Below the pieces are notes generated by a model. That model was given only the letters and a program-made list of their open reading frames with translations, was not told the DNA's origin and searched no databases. 64,000 nucleotides of DNA, taken from assembly GCA_963664705.1 (NCBI GenBank), contig OY761556.1, forward strand, positions 1,408,001 to 1,472,000, written 5' to 3'. Source of the stretch: Acidobacteriota bacterium. Lineage in GTDB: Bacteria > Acidobacteriota > UBA6911. The stretch's first letter is position 1. The number at the start of each line of letters is the position of its first letter. A program made the position numbers and the translations under genes. This document shows, piece by piece, positions 36,160 to 47,482 of the stretch.

Positions 36160-39100
36160 GTCCGTCCCGCACGTTCATCCTGCGCCCGGTTGCGACGTCC
36201 CTGCTTATGCTCGGCATTCTGCTGGCCGGAGGCGTGGCTTATCAGCAGCTGGCCGTTTCGGCGCTTCCCGAAGTGGACTATCCGACCATCCAGGTCGTCA
36301 CGTTTTATCCGGGCGCGAGCCCGGAGGTGATGGCATCGTCGGTGACGGCGCCGCTCGAGCGGCAGTTCGGCCAGGTGCCCGGGCTGCAGCAGATGACCTC
36401 GACCAGTTCCGACGGCAGCTCCGTGATCACGCTGCAGTTCAGCCTGAGTTTGAACATCGACGTGGCGGAACAGGAAGTGCAGCAGTCGATCAACGCGTCC
36501 GGTACATTTCTCCCGGCCGACTTGCCAAACCCGCCGATTTACAGCAAGGTCAACCCGGCGGATGCCCCAATCCTGACCCTCGCCCTTACTTCAAAAACGA
36601 TGCCGCTGTCGAAAGTCGAGGATCTTGCCGACACGCGCCTCGCTCCCAAAATTTCACAGTTGTCCGGCGTAGGATCGGTTTTGATCAGCGGCGGACAGAA
36701 GCCTGCCGTGCGCATCCAGGCCAATCCGACGCTGCTGGCGTCCTACGGCCTCAATATGGAGGACTTGCGAGCGTCCATCGTGGCGGCGAATGTGAACCAG
36801 GCGAAGGGCAATTTTGACGGGCTGCACCGGGCATTTCAGATCGGTGCCAATGATCAGCTGCTGTCTTCGGAGGATTATGCGCGGCATATCGTGGCCTATC
36901 GCAACGGGGCGCCGGTGAAGCTGACCGATGTTGCGGTGGTGAAAGATGATGTCGAGAATATCCGGCAGGCGGCCTGGATGAATGACGTGCCCGCGGTCAT
37001 CGTGAACATCCAGCGGCAGCCGAATGCGAACATCATTACCGTGGTGGATCGGGTAAAAGGGTTGCTGCCGCAGCTCACGAACACGCTGCCCAAATCGGTG
37101 CAGGTGAGCATCCTGACCGACCGCACCACGACGATCCGCGCCTCGGTCGAAGACGTACAATTCGAACTGCTGCTGACCATTGCCCTGGTTGTGATGGTGA
37201 TTTTTCTGTTCCTGCGCAACCTGGCCGCGACGGTGATTCCGAGCATCGCGGTGCCGTTGTCGCTGGTCGGGACTTTCGGCGTGATGTACCTGCTCGGGTA
37301 CAGCCTCAACAATCTCACCCTGATGGCGCTGACGATTTCAACCGGCTTCGTTGTGGACGATGCGATTGTCATGATTGAAAACATCAGCCGCTACATCGAA
37401 GAAGGAATGAGCCCGCTTCAGGCGGCGCTGAAGGGATCGGAGCAGATTGGCTTCACCATCATTTCGCTGACCATCTCGCTGATCGCGGTCCTGATCCCGC
37501 TGCTATTCATGGGGGACATTGTCGGCCGCCTGTTCCGGGAATTTGCCGTGACGCTTGCGGTGACCATCCTGGTGTCGGCGATGGTGTCGCTCACCCTGAC
37601 GCCGATGATGTGCGCGCGGCTCATGGGCGGGAAGGGCCGGAAACCCGGGGGCTTCTACCTGGCGTCCGAGCGCGTCTTCGATGCGATCATCGCTTTTTAC
37701 GGGCGCACCCTGCGGTTCGTTCTGCGCTTCAGAACCGCGACGCTGCTGGTTGCCGCGGGCACACTCGCGTTGACGGTCTTTCAGTTTGTCCACATTCCCA
37801 AGGGATTCTTTCCAATCCAGGATACCGGCATCATCCAGGGCGTTTCGGAGGCAGCGGAATCCATTTCCTTCCAGGATATGTCCAAACTGCAGCAATCTTT
37901 GACCGAGGTGATCCTGAAGGATCCGGCCGTGCAGAATCTGTCCTCGTTTATCGGGATCGATGGAACGAATACGACGCTCAACAGCGGACGCATCCTGATC
38001 AACCTGAAGCCGCTCGATCAGCGGCGGATCAGTGCGAGCGACGTTATCCGTCGCCTTCAGCCGAAACTGGCCGTGATTGCCGGCATCACGCTTTTTATGC
38101 AGCCCGTGCAGGATATCACGGTGGAGGACCGGGTCAGCCGCACGCAGTTTCAGTACACGCTGGAGGATCCGAATACGGAGGAGCTGAATATCTACGCGCA
38201 GCGCATGGTGGATAAAATGAAGCAGCTGCCGGAGCTTCGCGATGTTGCCAGCGACCGCCAGGTGCAGGGGATGCGGGCGCGCGTGGTGGTGGATCGGGCT
38301 ACGGCCGCGCGGTTCGGCATCACGGCAGCGGCCATTGATCAGACCCTGTATGACGCATTCGGTCAACGCGAAGTTTCGGTGATGTTCACGCAGTTGAATC
38401 AGTACCACGTTATCCTGGAGCTGGTCCCGGATTACCGCAAAAATCCGCTCGACCTCCGGAACCTGTTCATCAGATCGGCCGCGGGTGCTGCGGGAGGGGC
38501 TGGCGTGGTGTCAGGCGGGTCCGCAACGGCGAATGTTGGGCGCGGGCCGGTCAGTTCGAGCCCGGCGTCCGCGTCGACCGGTTCCGCGGCTGGCATCATC
38601 GGAGCCCCGATTGCGTCCAGCAGCGTGTTTGCCGGCAGCGGACAGGTGCCGCTCGATGCTTTCTCCCGCGTGGAGCTGGCTCCGGTTCCGATTACCATCA
38701 ACCACCAGGGGCAGTTTCCTGTGGTCACCCTGTCCTTCAACCTAGCTCCGGACGCATCGCTTGGGAATGCGGTGGAGGCCATCAACCGGGCAAAGGCGGA
38801 AATCGGGCTGCCGGTGAGTATTCAGGCGGCCTTTCAGGGCTCGGCGCAGGCGTTCCAGAATTCGCTCGCCAATGAACCCCTGCTGATCCTGGCGGCGCTG
38901 ATCACGGTCTACATTGTGCTGGGCGTGCTGTACGAGAGCTACATTCACCCGGTGACGATTCTATCGACGCTCCCCTCGGCGGGAGTCGGCGCGCTGCTGG
39001 CGCTGAATCTCTGCCGGCAGGATTTCAGCGTGATTGCGCTGATCGGGCTGGTGCTGCTGATCGGGATCGTAAAAAAGAACGGCATCATGATGATCGATTT

Positions 39101-39422
39101 CGCGCTGGATGCGGAGCGCAAGGAAGGGCGGGCGCCCGCAGACGCCATCTACCAGGCCTGCCTGCTGCGTTTTCGTCCGATCATGATGACGACAATGGCC
39201 GCGCTGCTGGGCGCAGTCCCGCTGGCCTTCGGCGCCGGAACCGGATCGGAGCTGCGACGGCCCCTGGGTATCACGATGATCGGCGGGCTGCTGCTGAGCC
39301 AGTTGCTGACGCTGTACACCACCCCCGTAATTTATCTCTGGTTCGACCGTCTGGCCGGGAGGTTCTCCCGAAAGCATGAAGGGGAGTTCCATCCGGATAC
39401 CGGGCCGATCCCGGCCTCGTAA
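36156..39422 (+). CDS. mdtB: RND permease MdtB/MuxB
   Basis: [62 protein letters not shown]. Confidence 0.92.
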   Translation: MSPSRTFILRPVATSLLMLGILLAGGVAYQQLAVSALPEVDYPTIQVVTFYPGASPEVMASSVTAPLERQFGQVPGLQQMTSTSSDGSSVITLQFSLSLNIDVAEQEVQQSINASGTFLPADLPNPPIYSKVNPADAPILTLALTSKTMPLSKVEDLADTRLAPKISQLSGVGSVLISGGQKPAVRIQANPTLLASYGLNMEDLRASIVAANVNQAKGNFDGLHRAFQIGANDQLLSSEDYARHIVAYRNGAPVKLTDVAVVKDDVENIRQAAWMNDVPAVIVNIQRQPNANIITVVDRVKGLLPQLTNTLPKSVQVSILTDRTTTIRASVEDVQFELLLTIALVVMVIFLFLRNLAATVIPSIAVPLSLVGTFGVMYLLGYSLNNLTLMALTISTGFVVDDAIVMIENISRYIEEGMSPLQAALKGSEQIGFTIISLTISLIAVLIPLLFMGDIVGRLFREFAVTLAVTILVSAMVSLTLTPMMCARLMGGKGRKPGGFYLASERVFDAIIAFYGRTLRFVLRFRTATLLVAAGTLALTVFQFVHIPKGFFPIQDTGIIQGVSEAAESISFQDMSKLQQSLTEVILKDPAVQNLSSFIGIDGTNTTLNSGRILINLKPLDQRRISASDVIRRLQPKLAVIAGITLFMQPVQDITVEDRVSRTQFQYTLEDPNTEELNIYAQRMVDKMKQLPELRDVASDRQVQGMRARVVVDRATAARFGITAAAIDQTLYDAFGQREVSVMFTQLNQYHVILELVPDYRKNPLDLRNLFIRSAAGAAGGAGVVSGGSATANVGRGPVSSSPASASTGSAAGIIGAPIASSSVFAGSGQVPLDAFSRVELAPVPITINHQGQFPVVTLSFNLAPDASLGNAVEAINRAKAEIGLPVSIQAAFQGSAQAFQNSLANEPLLILAALITVYIVLGVLYESYIHPVTILSTLPSAGVGALLALNLCRQDFSVIALIGLVLLIGIVKKNGIMMIDFALDAERKEGRAPADAIYQACLLRFRPIMMTTMAALLGAVPLAFGAGTGSELRRPLGITMIGGLLLSQLLTLYTTPVIYLWFDRLAGRFSRKHEGEFHPDTGPIPAS

Positions 39423-39425
39423 GCT

Positions 39426-42400
39426 ATGAACCTGTCGGAGCCATTTATCAGAAGGCCGGTCGCGACCACGCTGCTGCTGATTGCGATCATTCTCGCCGGT
39501 GCGACGGCGTTCCGGATCCTGCCGGTATCGCCGCTGCCGCAGGTCGATTTTCCGACCATTTCGGTGAATGCCGGCCTGCCGGGAGCCAGCCCGGAAACGA
39601 TGGCTTCCTCTGTCGCAACGCCGCTGGAGCGGCAGTTCGGGCGCATCGCATCGGTCAGCGAGATGACGTCGTCGAGTTCGCTGGGTTCCTGCAGCATCAC
39701 GCTGCAGTTTGACCTCAACCGGAATATCGACGCGGCTGCGCGCGATGTGCAGGCGGCCATTGCGGCGGCGCGGGGCTATCTGCCCAGCAATCTTCCGAGC
39801 AATCCGAACTATCGAAAAGTGAACCCGGCCGATTCCCCGATTCTGATTCTCGCCTTTACTTCGGACGTGCTCGACAAAAGCCGCGTTTACGATGCGGTTT
39901 CCAGCATCCTGGCGCAGAAGCTGGCGCAGATCAAAGGGGTGGGACAGGTTGCGGTCGGCGGGAGCTCTTTGCCCAGCGTGCGCGTTGAGGTGGATCCCAC
40001 GCGGCTGAACAAATACGGCATCGGGCTCGAGCAGGTGCGGCAGACGCTGGCGACCGCCAACGCCAATACGCCGAAGGGGCACCTGTCCGACGATCATCGG
40101 ATGTGGGAAGTCGGCGCGAACGATCAGATTTTCAAGGCGGTCGATTATATCCCGCTGCTGGTGGCCTATCACAACGGGTCGGCCGTGCGTCTCGGCGATG
40201 TCGCGGACGTCAAGGACTCGCTGGAGAACGTGGAGAACGCCGGGTACTGCAACGGGAAGCCTTCAGTGCTGACCATCATCTTCCGCCAGCCGGGCGCGAA
40301 CATCATCGACATCGTCGACCGGATTCGCGCGGCGCTCCCTCAACTGAAGGCGGCGATCCCGCAGTCCATCGATATGCGGATTGTGATGGATCAGACCGTT
40401 ACGATCCGCGCGTCGGTCCACGAAGTCGAGACCAGTCTGTTGATTTCGATCCTGCTGGTGATCCTGGTTGTTTTTGTTTTTCTGCGCGATTTCCGTTCCA
40501 CGTTTATCCCGAGCATCGCGGTCCCGGTGTCACTGATCGGCACTTTTGGCGTGATGTATCTATTGCATTACAGCCTCGACAACCTGTCGCTGATGGCACT
40601 GACCATTTCGACCGGGTTTGTGGTGGATGATGCGATCGTAGTGATCGAGAACATCACGCGCTACCTGGAGCAGGGGATGGAGCCGGTGCAGGCGGCGCTG
40701 CGGGGCGCGCGGGAAATCGGGCCAACGGTGCTGACTATCAGCATCTCGCTCGTGGCGGTGTTCATCCCGCTGTTGATGATGGGCGGGATCGTAGGCCGTC
40801 TGTTCCGTGAATTCGCGGTCACGCTTTCGATTGCCATCAGCGTGTCGATGGTGGTGTCGCTGACGGCGACGCCGATGATGTGCGCGCACATTCTGAAAGA
40901 GCGCAGCCGGCACGGGTGGATTTATCGCGTCAGCGAAGGATTCTTCAATGGAATGGTCGCCGTCTATGGGCGGGCGCTCAGGATCGTGCTGCGGCATAGC
41001 TTTGTGACGCTGATGGCCCTGCTGGCAACGATCGGGCTGAACGTGTATCTCTTCGTGCGTGTTCCGAAAGGGTTTTTCCCGCAGCAGGACAACGGTCGCA
41101 TGATGGGGCAAATCATCGCCGACCAGGACACCTCGTTTCAGGCGATGGACCGGATTCTCCGGCAGATGATCCGGATTGTGATCGCGGATCCCGCGGTGGC
41201 CAACGTGATGGGGTTTACCGGCGGGGGGACCCTGAACCGGGCGAACCTGTTCGTAATGCTGAAGCCGATCGACGAGCGGAAGCTCAGCGCCGAGATGGTC
41301 ATTGCGCGCCTGCGTCCCCGTCTGGCAAAGGTCCCGGGCGCCTCGCTGTATTTGCAGGCGGCGCAGGATGTGCGCATTGGCGGCCGGATGAGCGCCGCGC
41401 AGTACCAGTTCACGATGCGCGGGGACAACGTGCAGGATCTTATTCGGTACGCCCCGGCGATGTATCAGCAGTTGAGGACGGTGCCGATCATCACCGACGT
41501 CAACAGCGACCAGCAGAACAAGGGTCTGCAGGCGGCCGTGACGTATGACCGCGCGACGGCCGCGCGATTCAATATTTCGCCGCAGTTGATCGACGACACG
41601 CTTTACGATGCGTTTGGCCAGCGGCCGGTGTCGGTGATGTATACCGCGCTGAACCAGTATCACGTGGTGATGGTGGTGCAGCCACAGTACTGGCAGAATC
41701 CGCAGTTCCTGGACCTGATCTATGTGCGGGCGCCGAACGGACAGCAGATCCCGCTCGGTACTTTTGCCAAATTTGCGCCGGCCGTGGCGCCGCTCTCGGT
41801 CAATCACCAGGGGCTGTTTCCCGCCGTCACGATTTCGTTCAACCTCCAGCCGGGAGTCGCGCTGGGGGATGCCGTCAGCGCGATTACCAGGGTGGCACAG
41901 CGGGTCGGCTTGCCGCCGACCATTCAAACCATGTTCGCCGGAACGGCGCAGGCTTACCAGGATTCGCTGGGGAGCGAGCCGGTCCTGATCCTCGCGGCGC
42001 TGCTGACCGTTTATCTCGTGCTTGGAATCCTGTACGAAAGCTACATCCATCCGATCACGATTCTCTCGACCTTGCCCTCGGCCGGTGTGGGGGCGCTGCT
42101 CGCACTCATGCTGACCGGCACGGAACTCAGCGTCATTGCCATCATCGGGGTGATCCTGCTGATCGGGCTGGTGAAGAAAAACGCCATCATGATGATCGAT
42201 TTTGCGATCGCGGCCGAGCGCGAAGAGGGCAGAGATTCGGAAGCTTCCATCTTCGAGGCCAGCCTGCTGCGATTCCGCCCGATCATGATGACGACGATGG
42301 CGGCCATGCTGGGCGCCGTGCCGCTGGCGGTCATGTCCGGCACGGGGAGCGAGCTGCGGCGGCCGCTCGGCATCACGATTATCGGAGGTCTGATCGTGAA

Positions 42401-42524
42401 CCAGACGCTCACGCTGTTTACGACGCCGGTGATCTATCTGTATTTCAATCGGCTCCAGCACTGGTGGAGCCGACTGCGCGGCCTGCGGCGCGAGCCGGTG
42501 GCGCCGCTGGATTCGAAGGCATGA
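39426..42524 (+). CDS. mdtC: RND permease MdtC/MuxC
   Basis: [48 protein letters not shown]. Confidence 0.92.
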   Translation: MNLSEPFIRRPVATTLLLIAIILAGATAFRILPVSPLPQVDFPTISVNAGLPGASPETMASSVATPLERQFGRIASVSEMTSSSSLGSCSITLQFDLNRNIDAAARDVQAAIAAARGYLPSNLPSNPNYRKVNPADSPILILAFTSDVLDKSRVYDAVSSILAQKLAQIKGVGQVAVGGSSLPSVRVEVDPTRLNKYGIGLEQVRQTLATANANTPKGHLSDDHRMWEVGANDQIFKAVDYIPLLVAYHNGSAVRLGDVADVKDSLENVENAGYCNGKPSVLTIIFRQPGANIIDIVDRIRAALPQLKAAIPQSIDMRIVMDQTVTIRASVHEVETSLLISILLVILVVFVFLRDFRSTFIPSIAVPVSLIGTFGVMYLLHYSLDNLSLMALTISTGFVVDDAIVVIENITRYLEQGMEPVQAALRGAREIGPTVLTISISLVAVFIPLLMMGGIVGRLFREFAVTLSIAISVSMVVSLTATPMMCAHILKERSRHGWIYRVSEGFFNGMVAVYGRALRIVLRHSFVTLMALLATIGLNVYLFVRVPKGFFPQQDNGRMMGQIIADQDTSFQAMDRILRQMIRIVIADPAVANVMGFTGGGTLNRANLFVMLKPIDERKLSAEMVIARLRPRLAKVPGASLYLQAAQDVRIGGRMSAAQYQFTMRGDNVQDLIRYAPAMYQQLRTVPIITDVNSDQQNKGLQAAVTYDRATAARFNISPQLIDDTLYDAFGQRPVSVMYTALNQYHVVMVVQPQYWQNPQFLDLIYVRAPNGQQIPLGTFAKFAPAVAPLSVNHQGLFPAVTISFNLQPGVALGDAVSAITRVAQRVGLPPTIQTMFAGTAQAYQDSLGSEPVLILAALLTVYLVLGILYESYIHPITILSTLPSAGVGALLALMLTGTELSVIAIIGVILLIGLVKKNAIMMIDFAIAAEREEGRDSEASIFEASLLRFRPIMMTTMAAMLGAVPLAVMSGTGSELRRPLGITIIGGLIVNQTLTLFTTPVIYLYFNRLQHWWSRLRGLRREPVAPLDSKA

Positions 42525-44008
42525 CGATGGGGCAGAGTATGGAACGAAGGCATGGACAAAGGATGAATCGATGGCAGGGGCTGTGGTGGCGGGGAATGAT
42601 CGTTGCGGGCATGGCCCTGGCGGCCGGGTGCGTGGTGGGCCCGGAGTACAAGCGCGTGGAGGTCCCGGTGCCGGCGGTGTACAAAGAGCCTCCTCCGCCC
42701 GAGTTCAAGGAGACCGATGGGTGGAAGCTGGCGCAGCCGAATGATGGCGCCCGCAAGGGGCACTGGTGGGAGATATTCAACAATGCCAGCCTGAATGCCC
42801 TGGAAGAGCAGGTCGACATATCCAACCAGAATGTGCTGCAGGCCGAAGCCGCATACCGGGCGTCACGCGAGGCCGTGCGGATTGCCCAGTCCGCCCTGAA
42901 GCCTTCAATCAGTGTGGCGCCGGCGATCACCGAAGCGCGGACCACGGGCGGGACGTCTTCCAACGGCTCACGGGCGACCCCACTGCTTTTCACCAGCTAC
43001 AACTTTCCGGCCGATGTTTCCTGGGCGCCCGATCTCTGGGGGAGCGTGCGGCGCAACGTGGCCGTCGCAAGCGCTAATTCACAGGCGCTGGCCGCGCAGC
43101 TCGAGAATATTCGCCTGCTCTACCAATCGGAGCTGGCGCAGGATTTTTTCAATCTGCATGGGCTGGATACCGAGAAGGATCTGCTCGAGCGCACCGTGAA
43201 GTCCTACCAGGAGTATCTGACCCTTACCCGCAACCGCTTTGCCGGCGGCGTGGCTTCCGATCTCGATGTCGCGCAGGCGGAGTCGCAGCTGGCGGCCACG
43301 CAATCGCAGTTGATCGATCTGGGAGTGGCGCGGGCACAATTCGAGCACGCCGTTGCCGTGCTGACCGGGAAGCCGCCCGCATCATTGTCTCTGGCTCCGG
43401 CCATGCTGGCCGCAGGTCCGCCGCCTGTCCCGGTCGGAGTGCCCTCAATGCTGCTCGAACGTCGACCGGATATCGCGCAAAGCGAGCGGCAGATGGCCGC
43501 CAGCAATGAATTGATCGGGATTGCCAGGGCCGCCTTTTTCCCTTCGCTGAACCTCAGCGGCACAGCCGGGTTTTCCAGTGCAAGCATTGCCACGTGGATC
43601 AGCTGGCCCAGCCGGATTTTCTCGATTGGCCCGCTGCTGTCGCAGACGGTGTTTGATGCCGGGCGTCGACGGGCTGCCCTGAATCAAACGCTCGATGCCT
43701 ATGATGCATCGGTGGCGGCTTATCGGCAGACAGTGCTGACCGCTTTCCAGCAGGTTGAGGACGGGCTGTCGACGCTGCGCATTTTGTCCGAGGAAGCGGT
43801 ACCGGTCCAGCAGGCAGCCAGCGCTGCGGAGCGCGCCCTGTTGATTTCGACGGAGCAGTACAAGGCCGGGACCGCCAGTTATCTTACGGTGATTACGGCT
43901 CAGGCCACGTTGTTGAATGCGCAGCGTGCTGCGGTTAACCTGTTGACTCGCCGTCTGGTTGCCACAGTCGCCCTCATCCAGTTTCTTGCGGGCGATATTA
44001 CCCGTTGA
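42521..44008 (+). CDS. Outer-membrane efflux lipoprotein (NodT/OprM family)
   Basis: Lipobox LAAG-C-VVGP.Y, WW.IF, PDLWG, LLERRPDIA.AER, YRQTVLTAFQQVED; ATGA overlap with mdtC. Confidence 0.9.
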   Translation: MTMGQSMERRHGQRMNRWQGLWWRGMIVAGMALAAGCVVGPEYKRVEVPVPAVYKEPPPPEFKETDGWKLAQPNDGARKGHWWEIFNNASLNALEEQVDISNQNVLQAEAAYRASREAVRIAQSALKPSISVAPAITEARTTGGTSSNGSRATPLLFTSYNFPADVSWAPDLWGSVRRNVAVASANSQALAAQLENIRLLYQSELAQDFFNLHGLDTEKDLLERTVKSYQEYLTLTRNRFAGGVASDLDVAQAESQLAATQSQLIDLGVARAQFEHAVAVLTGKPPASLSLAPAMLAAGPPPVPVGVPSMLLERRPDIAQSERQMAASNELIGIARAAFFPSLNLSGTAGFSSASIATWISWPSRIFSIGPLLSQTVFDAGRRRAALNQTLDAYDASVAAYRQTVLTAFQQVEDGLSTLRILSEEAVPVQQAASAAERALLISTEQYKAGTASYLTVITAQATLLNAQRAAVNLLTRRLVATVALIQFLAGDITR

Positions 44009-44223
44009 ACGTTTGGACGTTGAGACGTTGGACGTTTGGACGTTGGACGTTTGGACGTTAAACGTTGCACGTTAAACCTTGTATGTTGTTAGTCTAAGTC
44101 CAGCGTTCTAATTCAGCGTGTAACGTTGCACGTTCCCACATCCCAACGTCCAAACGTCCAACGTCGCAACGTCCAACGTGCAACGTTCCATCGTCCAACG
44201 TCCAACGTGCAACGTCCCAACGT

Positions 44224-44685
44224 TCAACGTACATCCGCCCTTTGCGCAAGGACCGTGACGAAAGTACTGGGGTTGCTCGCCGATTGAGTTCTGCCGGAGT
44301 GCGGGGCGGGGAATTCCATCCCGATGTTCCAGTCTTCAAAGAACCAATAGCGGAGCGCTTCAGGTTCCCCGGATCCGCGCCGTTCAAAGGTCACGATCGC
44401 AGCGCGGTCCGTTTCCGGCCTGCGTGCCGCTGCTCCCATGATGAACCCTTCCCACTTGCCGCGATCCACGCTGTAAATCTTCATCAGGCGCAGGGTTACC
44501 TCGTTTGGACACCGCTGGAGAATATAGGATCCGGCGGGGAACACCGCTGAACCGATTTGAACCGACTGGTCGAAATAGATCGCTGTCGGCCAGCTTACAT
44601 CTTCTGCCTTCGCGGCCGGTACAAGCACGGAAAGAACAGTCATAAGGCACGCTGCAACCGCAAATCCTTTCAGGCAATTCTTCAT
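44224..44685 (-). CDS. Secreted hypothetical protein
   Basis: Signal peptide (AAKA-E); FDQSVQIG..VFPAGSY, VTFERR...PEALRYWF; RBS AAGGGG. Confidence 0.65.
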   Translation of the reverse strand: MKNCLKGFAVAACLMTVLSVLVPAAKAEDVSWPTAIYFDQSVQIGSAVFPAGSYILQRCPNEVTLRLMKIYSVDRGKWEGFIMGAAARRPETDRAAIVTFERRGSGEPEALRYWFFEDWNIGMEFPAPHSGRTQSASNPSTFVTVLAQRADVR

Positions 44686-44840
44686 CTTAGAATCCCCTTT
44701 CTCATACAACAATTATGAAAGTAGATATCAAAATAGATGTAAGTGTTCAATGGTAATATTTTATGTCTTTATCAATTAGGTGCAAAAATGCGCCTTTTTT
44801 GCTTCCCCCGGGATGCCTTTTAGGATCATTATGTAAGGTT

Positions 44841-44860
44841 GTGTATTGATCAAAATACAC
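44841..44860. promoter_or_regulatory. Candidate operator palindrome in a divergent promoter region
   Basis: GTGTATT-GATCAA-AATACAC (7-6-7 inverted repeat) in an AT-rich spacer. Confidence 0.4.
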
Positions 44861-45045
44861 GGCACGACGGCAGTGCCACTTCACAAGCTGCGCTTTACGG
44901 ACACGAGTAGGTTCTCCATAACACAACCTGCGCGGTGGCGTTCATAGCCAAAACTGCGGAATTCGTCTGTCCGGAGGTCTGTCCGGGCGTCGAGCCTCGC
45001 GCATCGATATCGATTTATACAAATTACTCAAGAAGGGAACCGATC

Positions 45046-47178
45046 ATGGCGGAATCGAACTATACAAAGCTGGATGCATTTTTCAATCCTACTTCCATTG
45101 CAGTCGTGGGGGCTTCAACCAAGCCGCATACGGTCGGCAACGACCTTTTGCGCAATCTTATCTTTCACGAGTTCAACGGATCGGTTTATCCGATCAATCC
45201 GAAGGCCCAATCGATATTGGGCATCCATGCCTATCCCAGTCTGAAGGATCTCCCGGCGCCGGTGGATCTCATCTGTGTCGCGGTGCCGGCGCAGACTGTT
45301 CTGGAGGTGGTGCGGCAGGCGTCTGAAATCGGTGTGAAAGCGATGGTGCTGCTTTCGGCCGGGTTCAAGGAGTCGGGCCAGGAAGGGATCGAGCTGGAGC
45401 AGAAGCTGCGGCGGGCGGTGCGGGATGCGGGGATTGCGCTCATCGGGCCCAATTGCCTGGGCATCATCAACACGGACCCGCGGGCCAGTCTCAATGCCAC
45501 GTTTGCCCGCAAGATGCCGCATGCGGGGAACCTGGCGTTCATTTCGCAGAGCGGGGCGCTCTGCACCTCGGTGCTCGACTATGCCGAGGAGCGGCGGATG
45601 GGATTCAGCAAGTTTGTGAGTTTCGGCAACAAGGCCGACGTCAATGAAATCGATCTGCTTTCCTATCTGGCGGAGGACGAGAACACGCATGTCATCGCGA
45701 TGTACCTGGAGGACATCAGCAACGGTCGGGCATTTATCGAGACGGCTCGGGAAGTTTTCTGGCGCACGGGCAAGCCGATGCTTTGCCTCAAATCCGGGCG
45801 TTCGCCGGAGGGGGCGAAGGCGGTGAGCAGCCACACCGGCTCGCTGGCGGGATCGGACAACGTTTACGATGCCATCATGATGCAAAGCGGTGTGGAGCGT
45901 GTGGACAAGATTTCCGAGCTGTTCGACTATGCGGCGCTTTACACGACGCAGCCAATGCCGAAGGGGAATCGGTTGGCCATTATCACCAATGCCGGCGGCC
46001 CGGGGATTATGGCGACGGATGCCGCGGTGCGTGCCGGCCTGAAGCTGGCCACCTTGTCGGCCGCCACGAAGGACAAACTGCGTTCGGGGCTTCCGGCTGC
46101 GGCGGCGCTGGGTAATCCGGTGGATGTGATCGGCGATGCCCGCGCCGATCGTTACCAGGTGGCGGTGCGCACGGTGCTGGAGGATCCGGATGTCGACATG
46201 GGGCTGGTGATCCTGACTCCGCAGTCGATGACGGAGATCGAGGGGACGGCCAGGATTATCCCGGAAGCGCTGCGGGGGTTGAACAAACCGGTCGCCTGCT
46301 CCTTCATGGGGGCCAGGGATGTTACGGCGGGCGTGGAACTCCTGCGGGGCGCCGGCGTTCCCAATTATCCTTTTCCGGAGGATGCGGTGCTGGCGCTGGC
46401 GGCGGCCGAGCGTCTGTCGTCCACGCTGGAAATGGCCGATCGGGAGGAAGTGACGTTCAAGGATCACGACGTGGCCCGGGCTCGGCGCATTGTCGCGGAC
46501 GCGCTGGCGGGGCGCGAGGAAAAATACCTGACGCAATCCGAGTGCCGTCCGCTGCTGGAATGCTATCAATTTCCGCTGCTCTTCAGCCGCATGGCGACGA
46601 GTGCGGAAGAAGCGTCCGGAATTGTCGAGCAGTTCGGGCGTACCGTCGTGATGAAGATCATGTCGCCGGACGTCGTCCACAAGCTGGATGCGGGCGGGGT
46701 TTTGCTCGGCATCCGCGGGGCGGAAGAGGCAGCCAACGCCTACAACCGGATTGTGACAAACGTAAAACAATCCGTTCCGAACGCTCAGATTCAGGGTGTT
46801 CTGATTGAAGAAATGGCTTCGAAGGGGGTGGAGGTCATCCTGGGTGCGACAAAAGATCCGAGGTTCGGGTCGCTGCTCATGTTCGGACTGGGCGGCTCTT
46901 TTGTCGAGGTGTTCAAGGATGTGACATTTCGGCTGGCGCCCATGTGGCGTGCCTCCGCGCACCGGATGGTGCAGCAGATCCGCGCCTTCAAAATCCTGAC
47001 GGGAGTGCGCGGCGCGCCGCCGTCCGATCTGTCGGCGCTGGAGGATGTCCTGCTGAGGCTTTCCGCGCTGGTGGTCGATAACCCGGAGATATCCGAACTG
47101 GATATCAACCCGCTGATCGTCCACCCGGAAGGGCAGGGCTGCTCCGTTGCCGACAGCCGCATCCTGCTAAAACGTTGA
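45046..47178 (+). CDS. Acetate/acyl-CoA ligase (ADP-forming), fused alpha-beta
   Basis: IAVVGAS, YPINP, GPNCLG, ISQSGA, SHTGSLAG (phospho-His), NPVD, HKLDAGGV, ELDINP. Confidence 0.9.
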   Translation: MAESNYTKLDAFFNPTSIAVVGASTKPHTVGNDLLRNLIFHEFNGSVYPINPKAQSILGIHAYPSLKDLPAPVDLICVAVPAQTVLEVVRQASEIGVKAMVLLSAGFKESGQEGIELEQKLRRAVRDAGIALIGPNCLGIINTDPRASLNATFARKMPHAGNLAFISQSGALCTSVLDYAEERRMGFSKFVSFGNKADVNEIDLLSYLAEDENTHVIAMYLEDISNGRAFIETAREVFWRTGKPMLCLKSGRSPEGAKAVSSHTGSLAGSDNVYDAIMMQSGVERVDKISELFDYAALYTTQPMPKGNRLAIITNAGGPGIMATDAAVRAGLKLATLSAATKDKLRSGLPAAAALGNPVDVIGDARADRYQVAVRTVLEDPDVDMGLVILTPQSMTEIEGTARIIPEALRGLNKPVACSFMGARDVTAGVELLRGAGVPNYPFPEDAVLALAAAERLSSTLEMADREEVTFKDHDVARARRIVADALAGREEKYLTQSECRPLLECYQFPLLFSRMATSAEEASGIVEQFGRTVVMKIMSPDVVHKLDAGGVLLGIRGAEEAANAYNRIVTNVKQSVPNAQIQGVLIEEMASKGVEVILGATKDPRFGSLLMFGLGGSFVEVFKDVTFRLAPMWRASAHRMVQQIRAFKILTGVRGAPPSDLSALEDVLLRLSALVVDNPEISELDINPLIVHPEGQGCSVADSRILLKR

Positions 47179-47482
47179 GACGTTGGACGTGGGGACGTTG
47201 CACGTTGGACGTTGGGACGTTGGACGATGGGCCGTTAGCCGTTGGGACGTTGGACGTTAAGCCATTGCACGTTCCCACGTCCTACGTCCAAACGCCCAAC
47301 GTCCAACGTGCAACGTGCAACGTCCCAACGTGCAACGTCCCCAACGTCCAACGTTCCAACGTTTCCACGTCCAACGTCCCAACGTCTAACGTCCAACGTT
47401 CCAAACGTGCAACGTCCAACGTTCCAACGTTTCCCGCGTCCAACGTCTGTGATAACCTATTTCTTTCGAGGAAAAGTGCTTC

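Noticed and set aside
40560-42461. Long antisense ORFs (also 45115-47124, 47939-49444, 15046-16347, 26967-28115, 57567-58802)
   Set aside because: Shadow frames of well-supported high-GC genes; no recognisable motifs.
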